DNA of 64,000 bases from Thermoanaerobaculia bacterium (GTDB taxonomy: Bacteria; Acidobacteriota; Thermoanaerobaculia; Multivoradales; Multivoraceae): the NCBI GenBank assembly GCA_963664405.1, contig OY761158.1, forward strand, positions 1,120,001 to 1,184,000. The letters run 5' to 3'. How positions within the stretch are numbered: the stretch's first letter is position 1; each line of letters starts with the position of its first letter. A model generated the notes under the pieces. That model saw only the letters and a list, made by a program, of their open reading frames with translations. It had not been told where the DNA came from and searched no databases. Made by a program: the position numbers and the translations under genes. Of this stretch, positions 48,528 through 58,061 are shown in pieces.

Positions 48528-49571
48528 ATGACTAGAACCGTTACGGACCAGCAAGAGTGGCTGGATCAGGGGGTCGAGGACACGCTCGAGCCGGAGCTCG
48601 AGATCTGTGACCCGCATCATCATCTAGGCGAGTTTCCCGGCCGTCGCTACTTGATGGACGAGTTGCTGGCGGACATCGGCAGCGGGCACAACGTGACGTC
48701 GACCGTGTTCGTGGAGTGTGGGGCCATGTTACGGGCGGCGGGGCCGGAGTCGATGCGGCCTGTCGGCGAGACCGAGTTTGTGAACGGCGTTGCTGCGATG
48801 AGCGCCAGCGGTTTCTATGGCGACGCCAGGGTCTGCGCCGGAATCGTCGGCTTTGCCAATCTGCTGATGGGAACGGAGGTCGGCGAGGTACTTGACGCGC
48901 ACATGCAGGCGAGCCAACGCTTTCGCGGCATCCGCCACTCGGCGGCCTGGGACCAGAGCGATGAGATTCGCAGGTCGCACGCGGATCCGCCTCAGGGGAT
49001 GTTGGCTCATCCGGTCTTCCGCGAGGGCTTTGCCGAGTTGGGAAAGCGAGGCTTGATCTTTGACGCCTGGATGTTCCATCCGCAGATACCTGAGCTCACC
49101 GACCTGGCCAGAGCCTTCCCCGACCAGCCGATCGTGCTGAATCACTTCGGCGGCCCGCTCGGAATCGGCCCTTACGCCGATCGGCGGGCAGAGATCTTTC
49201 AGTGGTGGAAGGCCGCGCTCGCCACGCTTGCCGAGTGTGAGAACGTGGTCGCCAAGCTCGGAGGACTCGTCATGGCCATCAACGGCTTCGGCTTCCACAC
49301 CGCCGACCGTCCGCCCACCTCTGAGGAGCTGGCGGCCGCGACGAGGGACTATTACCTGCACACGATCGACTGTTTCGGCCCGTCTAGATGCATGTTCGAG
49401 AGCAACTACCCCGCTGACCGGGTCAGCACGTCGTACCATGTACTGTGGAACTCATTCAAACGGATCACCCACGGATTCTCGGACGCCGACAAGGCAGCTC
49501 TGTATCACGACACCGCAACATGTACCTACGACCTAGTGGACGTAACACTCGAACGTTTAGTGGCTGAGTGA
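48528..49571 (+). CDS. amidohydrolase-2 family protein (LigI/lactonase-like)
   Basis: ICDPHHHL, TVFVEC, PVGETEFV, FRGIRH, LNHFGGP and MFESNYP.D. The last 11 residues are contributed by the MITE. Confidence 0.9.
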   Translation: MTRTVTDQQEWLDQGVEDTLEPELEICDPHHHLGEFPGRRYLMDELLADIGSGHNVTSTVFVECGAMLRAAGPESMRPVGETEFVNGVAAMSASGFYGDARVCAGIVGFANLLMGTEVGEVLDAHMQASQRFRGIRHSAAWDQSDEIRRSHADPPQGMLAHPVFREGFAELGKRGLIFDAWMFHPQIPELTDLARAFPDQPIVLNHFGGPLGIGPYADRRAEIFQWWKAALATLAECENVVAKLGGLVMAINGFGFHTADRPPTSEELAAATRDYYLHTIDCFGPSRCMFESNYPADRVSTSYHVLWNSFKRITHGFSDADKAALYHDTATCTYDLVDVTLERLVAE

Positions 49572-49699
49572 GTCATTCGTGGTCGAGATCAAGGCGCGCT
49601 GACGCAGGCATATCGGGGACTATGTCGAGGAAGCGTAACGCAGAGATCGGCCGCGAGGGCCGCTCAGGCGCTAAACGTTTGGGTGTTACGGTCCACTAG
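49533..49699. mobile_element. palindromic MITE-like element with CTAG target duplication
   Basis: CTAG at 49533-49536 and 49696-49699; ~55-bp imperfect terminal IRs (TGGA-CGTAACACTCGAACGTTTAG / TGGACCGTAACACCCAAACGTTTAG); non-coding core. Confidence 0.75.
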
Positions 49700-49765
49700 G
49701 TGGAGACGGAAGGCTGACCTGATCCTTGGACAGAGCCGCGCCACGTTCAGCAGGAGGAGAACGGC

Positions 49766-50887
49766 ATGGACTTGAATATGAAGATGCGACACTCGATGCG
49801 GCTCGCAGTGATTGCGAGCCTGACCCTGGGTGCTCCTACACTCGGCGAGGCAGCAGATCGCGATCCGCGAACGGCCAGCGGCCGGCCTGACTTTTCAGGC
49901 AACTACGATGTCTCGACCCTGACCCCCCTGCAGCGGCCGGCCGAGTTCGGTGACAACCTCGAGCTGACGCCGGCGGCCGCGGAGGCGATCATCGAGGCCG
50001 AGCGACAGCGCGTGCTCGACCGCTCACGGAACCGCGGTCCCATCGACGAGCCCCCACCCGACGGCGGAGCTCCGCCGATAGGCGTCGGCGAGGAGTTCCG
50101 CGAGCGAAGCGGAGCCGGTAATGTCGGCGGCTACAACAACTTCTGGACCGATCGCGGCACCGACGTCTTCACCGTCGACGGCAAGTTTCGAACCTCCATC
50201 CTCACCGATCCAAAGAACGGCCGGATTCCTCCGCGAACCGAGGAGGAGATACAGCGCGCGGCTGAGCGACCGCGTCGGTTCCGCCCCAACGACGGCACCG
50301 CGTGGTGGATCGACGTCGACGGCCCCGGCCCTTACGACGGTCCCGAGTCGATCTCGGTCGCCGAGCGCTGTCTGGTCGGATTCACCGGCGCGACACCGAC
50401 CCTTCCCAGCCTCTACAACAATCAGAAGAGCATCGTGCAGACCGAGGATCACGTAATGATCCTGATCGAGATGGTGCACGACGCCAGAGTCGTCCGGATG
50501 AGATCGGAGGGGCGCGCTGTAGCCCATCCGCCGCCCGAGGTGAAGCTGTGGATGGGCGACTCGATCGGATGGTGGGACGACGACACTCTGGTCATCGAGA
50601 CCACCAACTTCCACCCCCGGGCCATCCTTCGCGGCGGCAGCGAGGAGATGCGCCTGGAGGAGCGCTTCAGCCGCCTCGAAGACGGCAACGTGCTCTATCG
50701 CTTCACGGTCGAGGACGACTCGATATGGACAGATCCCTGGTCTGGTGAGTACGTCTGGCGGACAAGCGACGGCCGAGTCTTCGAGTATGCGTGCCACGAA
50801 GGTAATTACTCGATGGGCAATATCCTTCGCGGTGCCCGCGTGCTCGAGGGTGAGGAAATGGAGCAGAGCTCCAAGCGCGCTAACTGA
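49766..50887 (+). CDS. conserved exported hypothetical protein (YACHEGN family)
   Basis: AGGAGG RBS; signal peptide; PRT..G.PD.SG, GGYNNFW, ERC, GDSIG.W..DTLV.ET.NF and EYACHEGN. Confidence 0.8.
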   Translation: MDLNMKMRHSMRLAVIASLTLGAPTLGEAADRDPRTASGRPDFSGNYDVSTLTPLQRPAEFGDNLELTPAAAEAIIEAERQRVLDRSRNRGPIDEPPPDGGAPPIGVGEEFRERSGAGNVGGYNNFWTDRGTDVFTVDGKFRTSILTDPKNGRIPPRTEEEIQRAAERPRRFRPNDGTAWWIDVDGPGPYDGPESISVAERCLVGFTGATPTLPSLYNNQKSIVQTEDHVMILIEMVHDARVVRMRSEGRAVAHPPPEVKLWMGDSIGWWDDDTLVIETTNFHPRAILRGGSEEMRLEERFSRLEDGNVLYRFTVEDDSIWTDPWSGEYVWRTSDGRVFEYACHEGNYSMGNILRGARVLEGEEMEQSSKRAN

Positions 50888-51215
50888 CGCCGGACAGAGT
50901 CAACGCACCAGCTCAGCCAGCCCCGCGGCCGAATGCCAAGTGGGCTCGCGCCTGAAACGTCCAGCGACGGGGCCACTGGTGAAACCGAGCGGGCTCTCTT
51001 GCAAAGAGAAGAGCGATCGGTAGTACCTGGTGTCTGTCGCCCCTCGAGAGCCCGCGATGGCGGTAATGCCCGGCCCGGTCACGGACTCGAGCGCGAATCG
51101 TCTCGGGGTCCCAAGACCTGCCGTCGAGCGGCTCGACGAGAGTGCCGAAGCCGAAGCTTTGCAACATTCTGCTTCTCTCCCCGGAAGCTCCCCGGCGCGG
51201 AGGCCTTTGAGATTG

Positions 51216-53483
51216 CTACCTCGCCAGCGGATCCGGCCGGATCTGAAATTTCACGAATTTGGGCTTCGTTCCCTTGCCGCCTTCAGTGTGCCAAATGTAG
51301 TTGGTGCCGTAGTTCGCCCACAGCATGCGGCCCTTCCAGCCGCTGTCGGGATCGTCGATGCGGCCGTCGAGACCACGCGAGTAGAAGCCGAGCGGATAAG
51401 GCACGCGCAGAGTAGTCCACTCCTCAGTGTCGGGATTCAGCACCAGCAGACTATCGGAGTTCGACCCCGTGGCAATCGGCGTGTTGGCGCCGAAGCCCAT
51501 GATGTCGCGCTGGTCGACCCAGTTGTAATAGTGAAAGTCGGCCGGAACCTCTGTCCCCTGGAATCTCGGACCCTCGCCTCGATAGAGAGTCCAACCTTCT
51601 CGACACTGGCTGCCGTCGACTTTGCCGGGGCCGTCGAGGTCTTTGCATTTGCGCACGTCGAAGCGGGCGAGGTGCCCCGAGCCCGCGAGGGCGGTCCAAA
51701 CCACTCCATCAGTCGTGATGTCGATGCCACGCGGGTCGAAGCCGGGCTCCGGCACCTCGAAGATCTGCGTCTTGCAGGTGGAAGGTGGGTCCTCGCCTCT
51801 CATCATACGAATGATGTATCCGGGGTAGGTCTGCGAAGCCCCCCACACCGAGTCGTCGACCGGACTCGGAATCGTCGAATAGAGGCCGTAACTGACCTGC
51901 GTGTCGTATCTCGTGTCGGGCTCGGCGTGGACCTCGGGCTCGCCCCCTCTTGCCTTGCGATCTTCCGCCGCCTTCAGCTCGTCGACCGCGTAGGTGTACC
52001 CTCCTTGGCTACCGCCGGCCGGAATGTTCCATGGCTTGGTGATCACCCCGTCGCCGTTGGTGTCGACCACCAGGGGACACCAGCCCACCGCCTTCTGCTC
52101 GTCCTGGGTCTCGTCGAAGACTTTGGAGTCGACCCAGGCGAAGCCGGCTCCGCCGCCATTGAAGTACACCGTCTCGTTGGGGTCATTGTCGAACTGCAGA
52201 TGGTGGGTCCCAAAGCACGTATCGATGAGAGTGAACTTACGGCTTTTGGGATCGAAGAACGAAGCTTGGCGGCCGCCGGCTCGGGGCGTCCACCAGGCCG
52301 CGTACTTATTGGTCGGATCACTGCACCACGCCGGGGGATTTTGGCTACCGCGTATCTTTGAGGTCAGCCAGACGCGTCCCTTGCTGTCGAGCATGGGGTT
52401 GTGCGGATCGGCGGGGTTGTAAGGAGGGTTGCCCCAGAGGTGCTCGTCGCCCCAGTAGAAAGACGGTTTCCTAGGCTTCGGGAAACGCGAAGGAACCTGG
52501 TCCACAGGATCGCGCGTGGGGATGTCCCGCGTATAGCCCGCGTTCTCCTCCGGATCCAAGATCACCAACTGGCCGTGCCCGGCGCTCGCCGCGTACACGG
52601 GGCCGCCCGCATTCAGCATCGGGTTGTTCTTGTTGGTGGACACCAGATCGTGCATGAAGGTGTGATCGTCAGCCACATCCCACAGAGTCAGGACCAGGTT
52701 GCGCTCGATGCCTGCAGGCCGACTCGGCGCCGGCGGCACGGCACCCTCCGCCACCTTCCTCGTCCAGTCGGCGTACGCCCCGAGTGACGTCCGCTTACCC
52801 TGAATATTGAGCACGCTGTACATCTGATTGCCACGAACTCCCGTCTGGAGACGGTAATCCCAGGCCTCTTCGTGCGTCTTCAGCTGCGGTTGCGCTTTGA
52901 AGACGTGATCGACGTTGCGGGTCGGAGCATTGCCGATCTGATGGCAGAAATTGCAGTTCGACTTGATCGAGTTGAGCCAGTGATTCTGGCTGAGCATGCG
53001 CGTCCCGGTGCCGTTGCCGTCGTTCCCGGTGCCGGGAAAGAGGCTCTTGTCGGGCGGGGTTAGCAGCGAATACCAATGATCCCCGGGATAGATCTTCGCC
53101 GCCTCGAGCGGGGTCTTGGCCGCGTTGGCTCGCAGCGTGATCGAGCCGGTGTCGGGCTTCGCCTCGATCGGTGTCGAATCGACCAGCCCGTAGCCTCTGA
53201 CCCACACCTTGTAATTCGCGGCGGGCAGATCGGGAAGCAGGAACCGGCCATCGTCGTCGGTGACGACAATCTTGATCAGTTTGGTGGGTAGATCTTCAGT
53301 CTCGGCGATGACCCAAACGCCCGCCTCGGGGCCTTGCGCCCCGCGCACGACGCCGGTGATGAAGTCTCCGCCACCGGCCTCGCCTCTTCTTCGCTGAGCA
53401 CGAGTCGGGTCTGCGCCGACATGGGCGAGGATGAGCGCTGCGCAGAAGACGACGGTTATCAGACTGGAACGGTTCGTTGTCAC
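51216..53483 (-). CDS. exported protein with carboxypeptidase-regulatory-like N-domain, CxxCH motif and beta-propeller-like C-domain
   Basis: GPEAGVWVIAET..KIVVTDD.GRF..PDLP..Y.VWVRGYGL; CNFCHQ; THHLQF and RVPYPLGFY.RG.DGRIDD; GAGGAG RBS before the GTG. Confidence 0.8.
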   Translation of the reverse strand: MTTNRSSLITVVFCAALILAHVGADPTRAQRRRGEAGGGDFITGVVRGAQGPEAGVWVIAETEDLPTKLIKIVVTDDDGRFLLPDLPAANYKVWVRGYGLVDSTPIEAKPDTGSITLRANAAKTPLEAAKIYPGDHWYSLLTPPDKSLFPGTGNDGNGTGTRMLSQNHWLNSIKSNCNFCHQIGNAPTRNVDHVFKAQPQLKTHEEAWDYRLQTGVRGNQMYSVLNIQGKRTSLGAYADWTRKVAEGAVPPAPSRPAGIERNLVLTLWDVADDHTFMHDLVSTNKNNPMLNAGGPVYAASAGHGQLVILDPEENAGYTRDIPTRDPVDQVPSRFPKPRKPSFYWGDEHLWGNPPYNPADPHNPMLDSKGRVWLTSKIRGSQNPPAWCSDPTNKYAAWWTPRAGGRQASFFDPKSRKFTLIDTCFGTHHLQFDNDPNETVYFNGGGAGFAWVDSKVFDETQDEQKAVGWCPLVVDTNGDGVITKPWNIPAGGSQGGYTYAVDELKAAEDRKARGGEPEVHAEPDTRYDTQVSYGLYSTIPSPVDDSVWGASQTYPGYIIRMMRGEDPPSTCKTQIFEVPEPGFDPRGIDITTDGVVWTALAGSGHLARFDVRKCKDLDGPGKVDGSQCREGWTLYRGEGPRFQGTEVPADFHYYNWVDQRDIMGFGANTPIATGSNSDSLLVLNPDTEEWTTLRVPYPLGFYSRGLDGRIDDPDSGWKGRMLWANYGTNYIWHTEGGKGTKPKFVKFQIRPDPLAR

Positions 53484-53553
53484 GGAGTTCTCCTCATGTT
53501 ATGGGGCCGCTACGAGTGCGATTCGAACACAAACGTCGTCTTCCCCCTCGACG

Positions 53554-54354
53554 CTATCTCATCGGCGCCTCGACGAGCTCGATGCGCACGCCACCGGGGG
53601 CCTCGATAAAGGCGATCTTGGTAGTCTTGAAATCTCTCACGGCCATTGTGAACACGACGCCCTTGGCCGTGAGCTCCTCTTGAGCCGCCGGTAGATCGGG
53701 GAAGTTCCAGCCCAGATGGTCGATCGAGCGGCCCTTGGTGGCAGCCATCTCTTCACCCTTGCTGTCCTGCACGAGAAGCCAGACAGGATCGTAGCGTAGC
53801 GCCGGCAACATCCCCTTGAACTTCGTGCGCTCGCCGCCGAAGGCCGACTCGTACCAGGCGAATATCTTCTCGGGCTCGGGGCCCTTGAGATGAATGTGAT
53901 GGAGGCCGAGTGTCTCGGGATCTTCCATGACTTCGATCTTGGTGCCCCAGGGGTCCTCGACGAAGGCGAACTTGAACTTTCCCTGCACGTCGCGCACTTC
54001 GCTCGTGATCTTCACTCCGGCGGCCTCATAAGAAGCCATCTTCGCCGCCAAATCGGGAAAGGAGAAGCCGATGTGATCGACCGAGCTACCGACGCTTCCC
54101 GGAAAGCCTGCGTCCCTCTTGAACCAGAGGACCGGGATGTTGCCGTAACGGACACCCTTACTGGCGACATGCTGCGCATCGCGACGATCGAAGCTCTCGC
54201 CGCCCATGTGCTCTACGTACCAGGCAGCGGCCTCGATCGGATCGGGCGCCATCAAGTGAATGTGCCCGTAGGGTGCATCGGCGGCGAGGACCGGTGCGGC
54301 GAGAAGCAGCAGAAACGCAGCGAGCGAAAGAACTGAGCTGGGAGATTTGATGAT
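53554..54354 (-). CDS. exported double-domain VOC/glyoxalase family protein (probable non-canonical ATC start)
   Basis: GHIHL, DHIGF, DPWGTKIE, HHIHL, DHLGW and G.RIELVE. In-frame signal peptide upstream of the called TTG (54255). Confidence 0.8.
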   Translation of the reverse strand: MIKSPSSVLSLAAFLLLLAAPVLAADAPYGHIHLMAPDPIEAAAWYVEHMGGESFDRRDAQHVASKGVRYGNIPVLWFKRDAGFPGSVGSSVDHIGFSFPDLAAKMASYEAAGVKITSEVRDVQGKFKFAFVEDPWGTKIEVMEDPETLGLHHIHLKGPEPEKIFAWYESAFGGERTKFKGMLPALRYDPVWLLVQDSKGEEMAATKGRSIDHLGWNFPDLPAAQEELTAKGVVFTMAVRDFKTTKIAFIEAPGGVRIELVEAPMR

Positions 54355-54398
54355 GGCCGAATGGCCCCTTTCTGAAGAGACGGGGTTTGAAACGCCTA

Positions 54399-56627
54399 TT
54401 ATTGCCGTTGTAGAGATGCTTTGGTCACGATACGCAACTGGTCTGCATCTTGGTGGCCATCGGCGGCGACGCCGCCGGCCTCGAGGTCGATCGTGATCGA
54501 CCTGCCGCCGTCGAGGATCTTCCAGCTGTCGTGGCCTTCAAGGGCTCGTCCGGCGCCGCTTCGCTCCTGCACTTCACCGAAATCGGGATCGGCGAAGGCG
54601 AGGAAGTCGCTGCCCTGGAGATTCTGCCCAGCGCCCGATACGCCCAGGATCGGATCTTTGAACGTGATCGTCGTGCCCGAGAGCTTGGTCGCAACCTCAG
54701 GATTGAAGTGCAAGAGGTAGCTGTGAACGACCGTGCCCGCCGGGATCGCCGCTCCCGGAGGAGGCTTGTTGGTGTCGTAGGCGACCGGAATGCCGTCGCT
54801 GTCGACCCCGAGATCTTCTTCGAGGGTCAAGAACTGCCGCTCGACCACCAGTTCCGGCCGGTCGGCGGCGGTGAGGCGGCTCGCCGATAGATCGTCGGGA
54901 ACGGTCTCGTCGTCGGTGTCGCCGAGAATGTCTACGCCCTCCGCGGCCGCGATGCGGGTGTCGTAATCGGCACCGTCGCGACTGGCGGCGGACTCGACCT
55001 CGAACCAGACGGTGATGTCCTCCAGCAGCGACGCGAAGAGCTTCTGGACCTCCGCCGGCTTCGAGGCGATGTCGGCGCTGGTGGCGACCGGGGTCGGCTC
55101 CCGCGGATCTTCGATCAGATCGTAAAGCTCCCACTCTCTGCCGCTGGTTTCCGAGATCAGCTTGTAGCGCTCGTCGATGATCGAGCGTTCGCCGCCGACC
55201 CTCTGCACCATTCCGCGCCCTCCCGCAGGCCGGCTGTCGCAGTCGCGGGGCTCGTCGGGGCCGCGGTTGGTCGTCGAGTCACCGCAGTCTGCCCACTCGA
55301 TACGGTGGGAGCGCTTCGCCGAGCGATCACCGAAGAGCACCTCGGTCATCGACTCGCCGTCGAGCGGCCGGGCGTCGGGCATCTCCACTCCCCAGATATC
55401 CAACAACGTCGGCAGGTAATCGCTCGTGATCATCGGAGTATGAGTCTCCCCCGGGGCGATCTGTCCCGGCCACTCGATGATGCCAGGCACCCGGACCCCA
55501 CCCTCCCAGAGCTCGCCCTTGTGCCCACGTAGGCGCCCTGTGCCCTCGCTAGGATCGTCGACTCTCACCGATCCCGACATACCGTTGTCCGAAGTGAAAG
55601 CCACGAGAGTATCTCCTTCGATACCGCGACTGCGCAGCTGCGAGCGCAGACGACCGATCTCCTGGTCCATCGCGGTGATGCCGGAGTAGTACGGCGCCTC
55701 GTAGTCATTCATCTCGTCGCGTTCCTCCGCTGTATAGAACTCGTCCAGGGTCGCCGGGTGGAGACGATGTGGCGTGTGCGGAGGGTGGAACCAGATGACG
55801 GCGAAGAAGGGCCGGTCGGCTGCCGTGGCCTCGTCGATGAATTGCAGAGTCTCCCGAACCAGGATCGCCGAGGAGTCGCCCCGTAGCTCTTCCGAATCGA
55901 TGTCGACGTACTCCCCGTGGCCGGTCCAGTAGGGCGCGCCGTGAAAGTTGCCCTCGCTGGGCAGAGGGCCCGCCGGATCTCTGCGCATCGGCTCGAAGGT
56001 CGGCAGCGCCTGCGGCGACGCGAAGCTGCGATCGTAGCCGTGGTGCCACGGCGCCGAATAGAACTCGCCGCCGTTCAGACCTTGGCATCGACCATCGGGG
56101 CAGTGGTCCATCTCGGCACCGCTGCCTCTGGGTGCCCTCTCGAGATCGCCGAGGTGCCACTTGCCGAAGTGCCCGGTCATGTAGCCCTGGGTCTTGGCGA
56201 GCTCCGCGATGGTGAGCTCGAGGTTGCGCAGGAGTCCGTTGTAGGCCCAGTCGATGCCGGTTCGACGTGGCGCGCGGCCGATGACGAATGAGGCCCGCGT
56301 CGGGCTGCACACCGAGCCGCCGGAGTACATGCGATGAAACTGCAGCCCCTCCGCCGCCATCGCCCGAAGGTTGGGCGTTTTGACTTCGGAGTGGCCCGGG
56401 TAGACATCACCGGGAGCGCGCTGCTGGGGGTACTCGACGTCGCCCCACCCCTGATCGTCGCTCATCATCAGAATGACGTTGGGCCGCGACGGCCGCGAGG
56501 GCACCGGCGGCGACTGCGACGTCGCTTCCTCGGCCGGCGGAGCGGCACAGCTCATGACCACGAGGCCGATGATGAAGATCGTCAGCCGCCACACGAATGG
56601 AGTCTCTAGGTGCAGCTTCTTTAGCAC
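54399..56627 (-). CDS. sulfatase lipoprotein with extra C-terminal beta domain
   Basis: VMSC lipobox-like; PNVILMMSDDQGWGD, CSPTRAS, GKWHLG and SDNG; additional ~190-aa C-terminal domain (IPAGTVVHSYLLHF). Confidence 0.9.
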   Translation of the reverse strand: MLKKLHLETPFVWRLTIFIIGLVVMSCAAPPAEEATSQSPPVPSRPSRPNVILMMSDDQGWGDVEYPQQRAPGDVYPGHSEVKTPNLRAMAAEGLQFHRMYSGGSVCSPTRASFVIGRAPRRTGIDWAYNGLLRNLELTIAELAKTQGYMTGHFGKWHLGDLERAPRGSGAEMDHCPDGRCQGLNGGEFYSAPWHHGYDRSFASPQALPTFEPMRRDPAGPLPSEGNFHGAPYWTGHGEYVDIDSEELRGDSSAILVRETLQFIDEATAADRPFFAVIWFHPPHTPHRLHPATLDEFYTAEERDEMNDYEAPYYSGITAMDQEIGRLRSQLRSRGIEGDTLVAFTSDNGMSGSVRVDDPSEGTGRLRGHKGELWEGGVRVPGIIEWPGQIAPGETHTPMITSDYLPTLLDIWGVEMPDARPLDGESMTEVLFGDRSAKRSHRIEWADCGDSTTNRGPDEPRDCDSRPAGGRGMVQRVGGERSIIDERYKLISETSGREWELYDLIEDPREPTPVATSADIASKPAEVQKLFASLLEDITVWFEVESAASRDGADYDTRIAAAEGVDILGDTDDETVPDDLSASRLTAADRPELVVERQFLTLEEDLGVDSDGIPVAYDTNKPPPGAAIPAGTVVHSYLLHFNPEVATKLSGTTITFKDPILGVSGAGQNLQGSDFLAFADPDFGEVQERSGAGRALEGHDSWKILDGGRSITIDLEAGGVAADGHQDADQLRIVTKASLQRQ

Positions 56628-56801
56628 TTCACAATCCTCCGGTCAGTCGACCAGGCCCGCCGGCAGATACGCTCCCGGGGGCGACAGATTCTCGCGATGC
56701 AATAATGAGTACATTGAGTATTGTCACGAAGGGCCCAAGGTGTGACGGATCGCGAGGAGTGTGCCGCTTGGCTATCGACGGGTCACCAGCTTGTCAGTTG
56801 C

Positions 56802-57830
56802 CTAAAGGCGCGAATGCCAAGGACTACCCTCTTTCGGATACGGGTACTGCAAGTAGTACTCTGACTTCATCTTGATCAGGTCATTGGCCACTTCGAACGC
56901 CTCGGCGACGGGCTCTGGCAGTGGACCTTTCTTGGACGCGAGCATGATCGGATAGAGTTGTTCGATGCGTGATACACCGATGAGAATCGCGTCACCCAAG
57001 GATGCATCGACGGCCGAGTGATGCTGGGTCCACCTGACGGCAGCCTCTAGGAGGCTCGTGATCCCAGAGGAGCTCGCTGCCTCACCGATCACCTCCAGAG
57101 CGGCAAACATCTCATCCCGATTCAAGTAGCGCTCTTCATACTGTTTGATGCGCCTCTTCTGAGCGAAACGGTCGACCCCTCTCACCGGGGCGACGCCCTT
57201 CCTGTACTTCCCGGTAAGGAAACCGCTCGCCAGTGAGCCGTGCGTGTAGTACTTGAGGCCATAGTTTCGCAGCACGGGGACGAGCTCGTACTCCGCGCTG
57301 CGGTTGAGAGCGTTGTACACGCCTTGATAAACCGTGGGCAGAACGTATCCCTGTCGTTTGCAGAACTGACAGATCTCGACGACCTGCCATGCAGGGAAAT
57401 TGGAGAGGCCGAACTCTTCAAACTTGCCGGCTTTGTAACAAGCGTCGACCTCGCCCAGCGTGTCTTCCAGGATGATGTCGGTCGCAGGCATGTGGATGTA
57501 GAAGATCGGGACAGACTCTTGCCCAAGAGCCGCCAACGACTGATCCAACTGAACGATGGGTCCACCAGGGAGCTTGGGATGGTACTTGGTGGCGATGCGC
57601 AGCTTCTGTGCCGTTGGAATTCGACCCAGAACTTTTTCGCAGTTCCCGTTCTGGTAGACCCTCGCGGTATCGAGCTCCCTACCACCCTGGTCAACAAATG
57701 CGCGCAGCAAGTCTTCACACGCGGCATCGGTAGAGAGAGGGTGGTCCCTCGTCGTTTCTTTGGGCTTGCCAAATGCGACGGCACCCAAGACCACCGGCGC
57801 CGCACTCGATCTCGTGACCGTGTTCGTCAT
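56802..57830 (-). CDS. aldo/keto reductase, AKR7 (aflatoxin aldehyde reductase)-like
   Basis: ELDTARVY..G..E, IATK, FYIH.P, GKF.EFGLSNF.AW.V, PTVYQGVYN..NR..E.EL and LA.G.LTGKY. Confidence 0.88.
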   Translation of the reverse strand: MTNTVTRSSAAPVVLGAVAFGKPKETTRDHPLSTDAACEDLLRAFVDQGGRELDTARVYQNGNCEKVLGRIPTAQKLRIATKYHPKLPGGPIVQLDQSLAALGQESVPIFYIHMPATDIILEDTLGEVDACYKAGKFEEFGLSNFPAWQVVEICQFCKRQGYVLPTVYQGVYNALNRSAEYELVPVLRNYGLKYYTHGSLASGFLTGKYRKGVAPVRGVDRFAQKRRIKQYEERYLNRDEMFAALEVIGEAASSSGITSLLEAAVRWTQHHSAVDASLGDAILIGVSRIEQLYPIMLASKKGPLPEPVAEAFEVANDLIKMKSEYYLQYPYPKEGSPWHSRL

Positions 57831-58061
57831 GGCGCTAGGGTACTCCATCGCGCGCAGCGATCCCGCTCAGCCTCGGTCGAGAAAGTAGAAACCCAACTGC
57901 GGCCGCTCGCCTCGGCTGGCACAGGTGTCGATAACGAGCTCGTACTCTCACGCCACGAGTATCGGTTCCACAACCAGACCCGACAGGAGAGCGCCGCCAC
58001 CTGGACGCGTTGCCGTCTAGTGAGGCTCTACAAAACTGACGAATCGAAAGTCACACTTCGT

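Noticed and set aside
57850-58060. Possible gene-end remnant (YELVIDTCASRGERPQLGFYFLDRG*) on the minus strand
   Set aside because: Too short and matches no family I can recognise.
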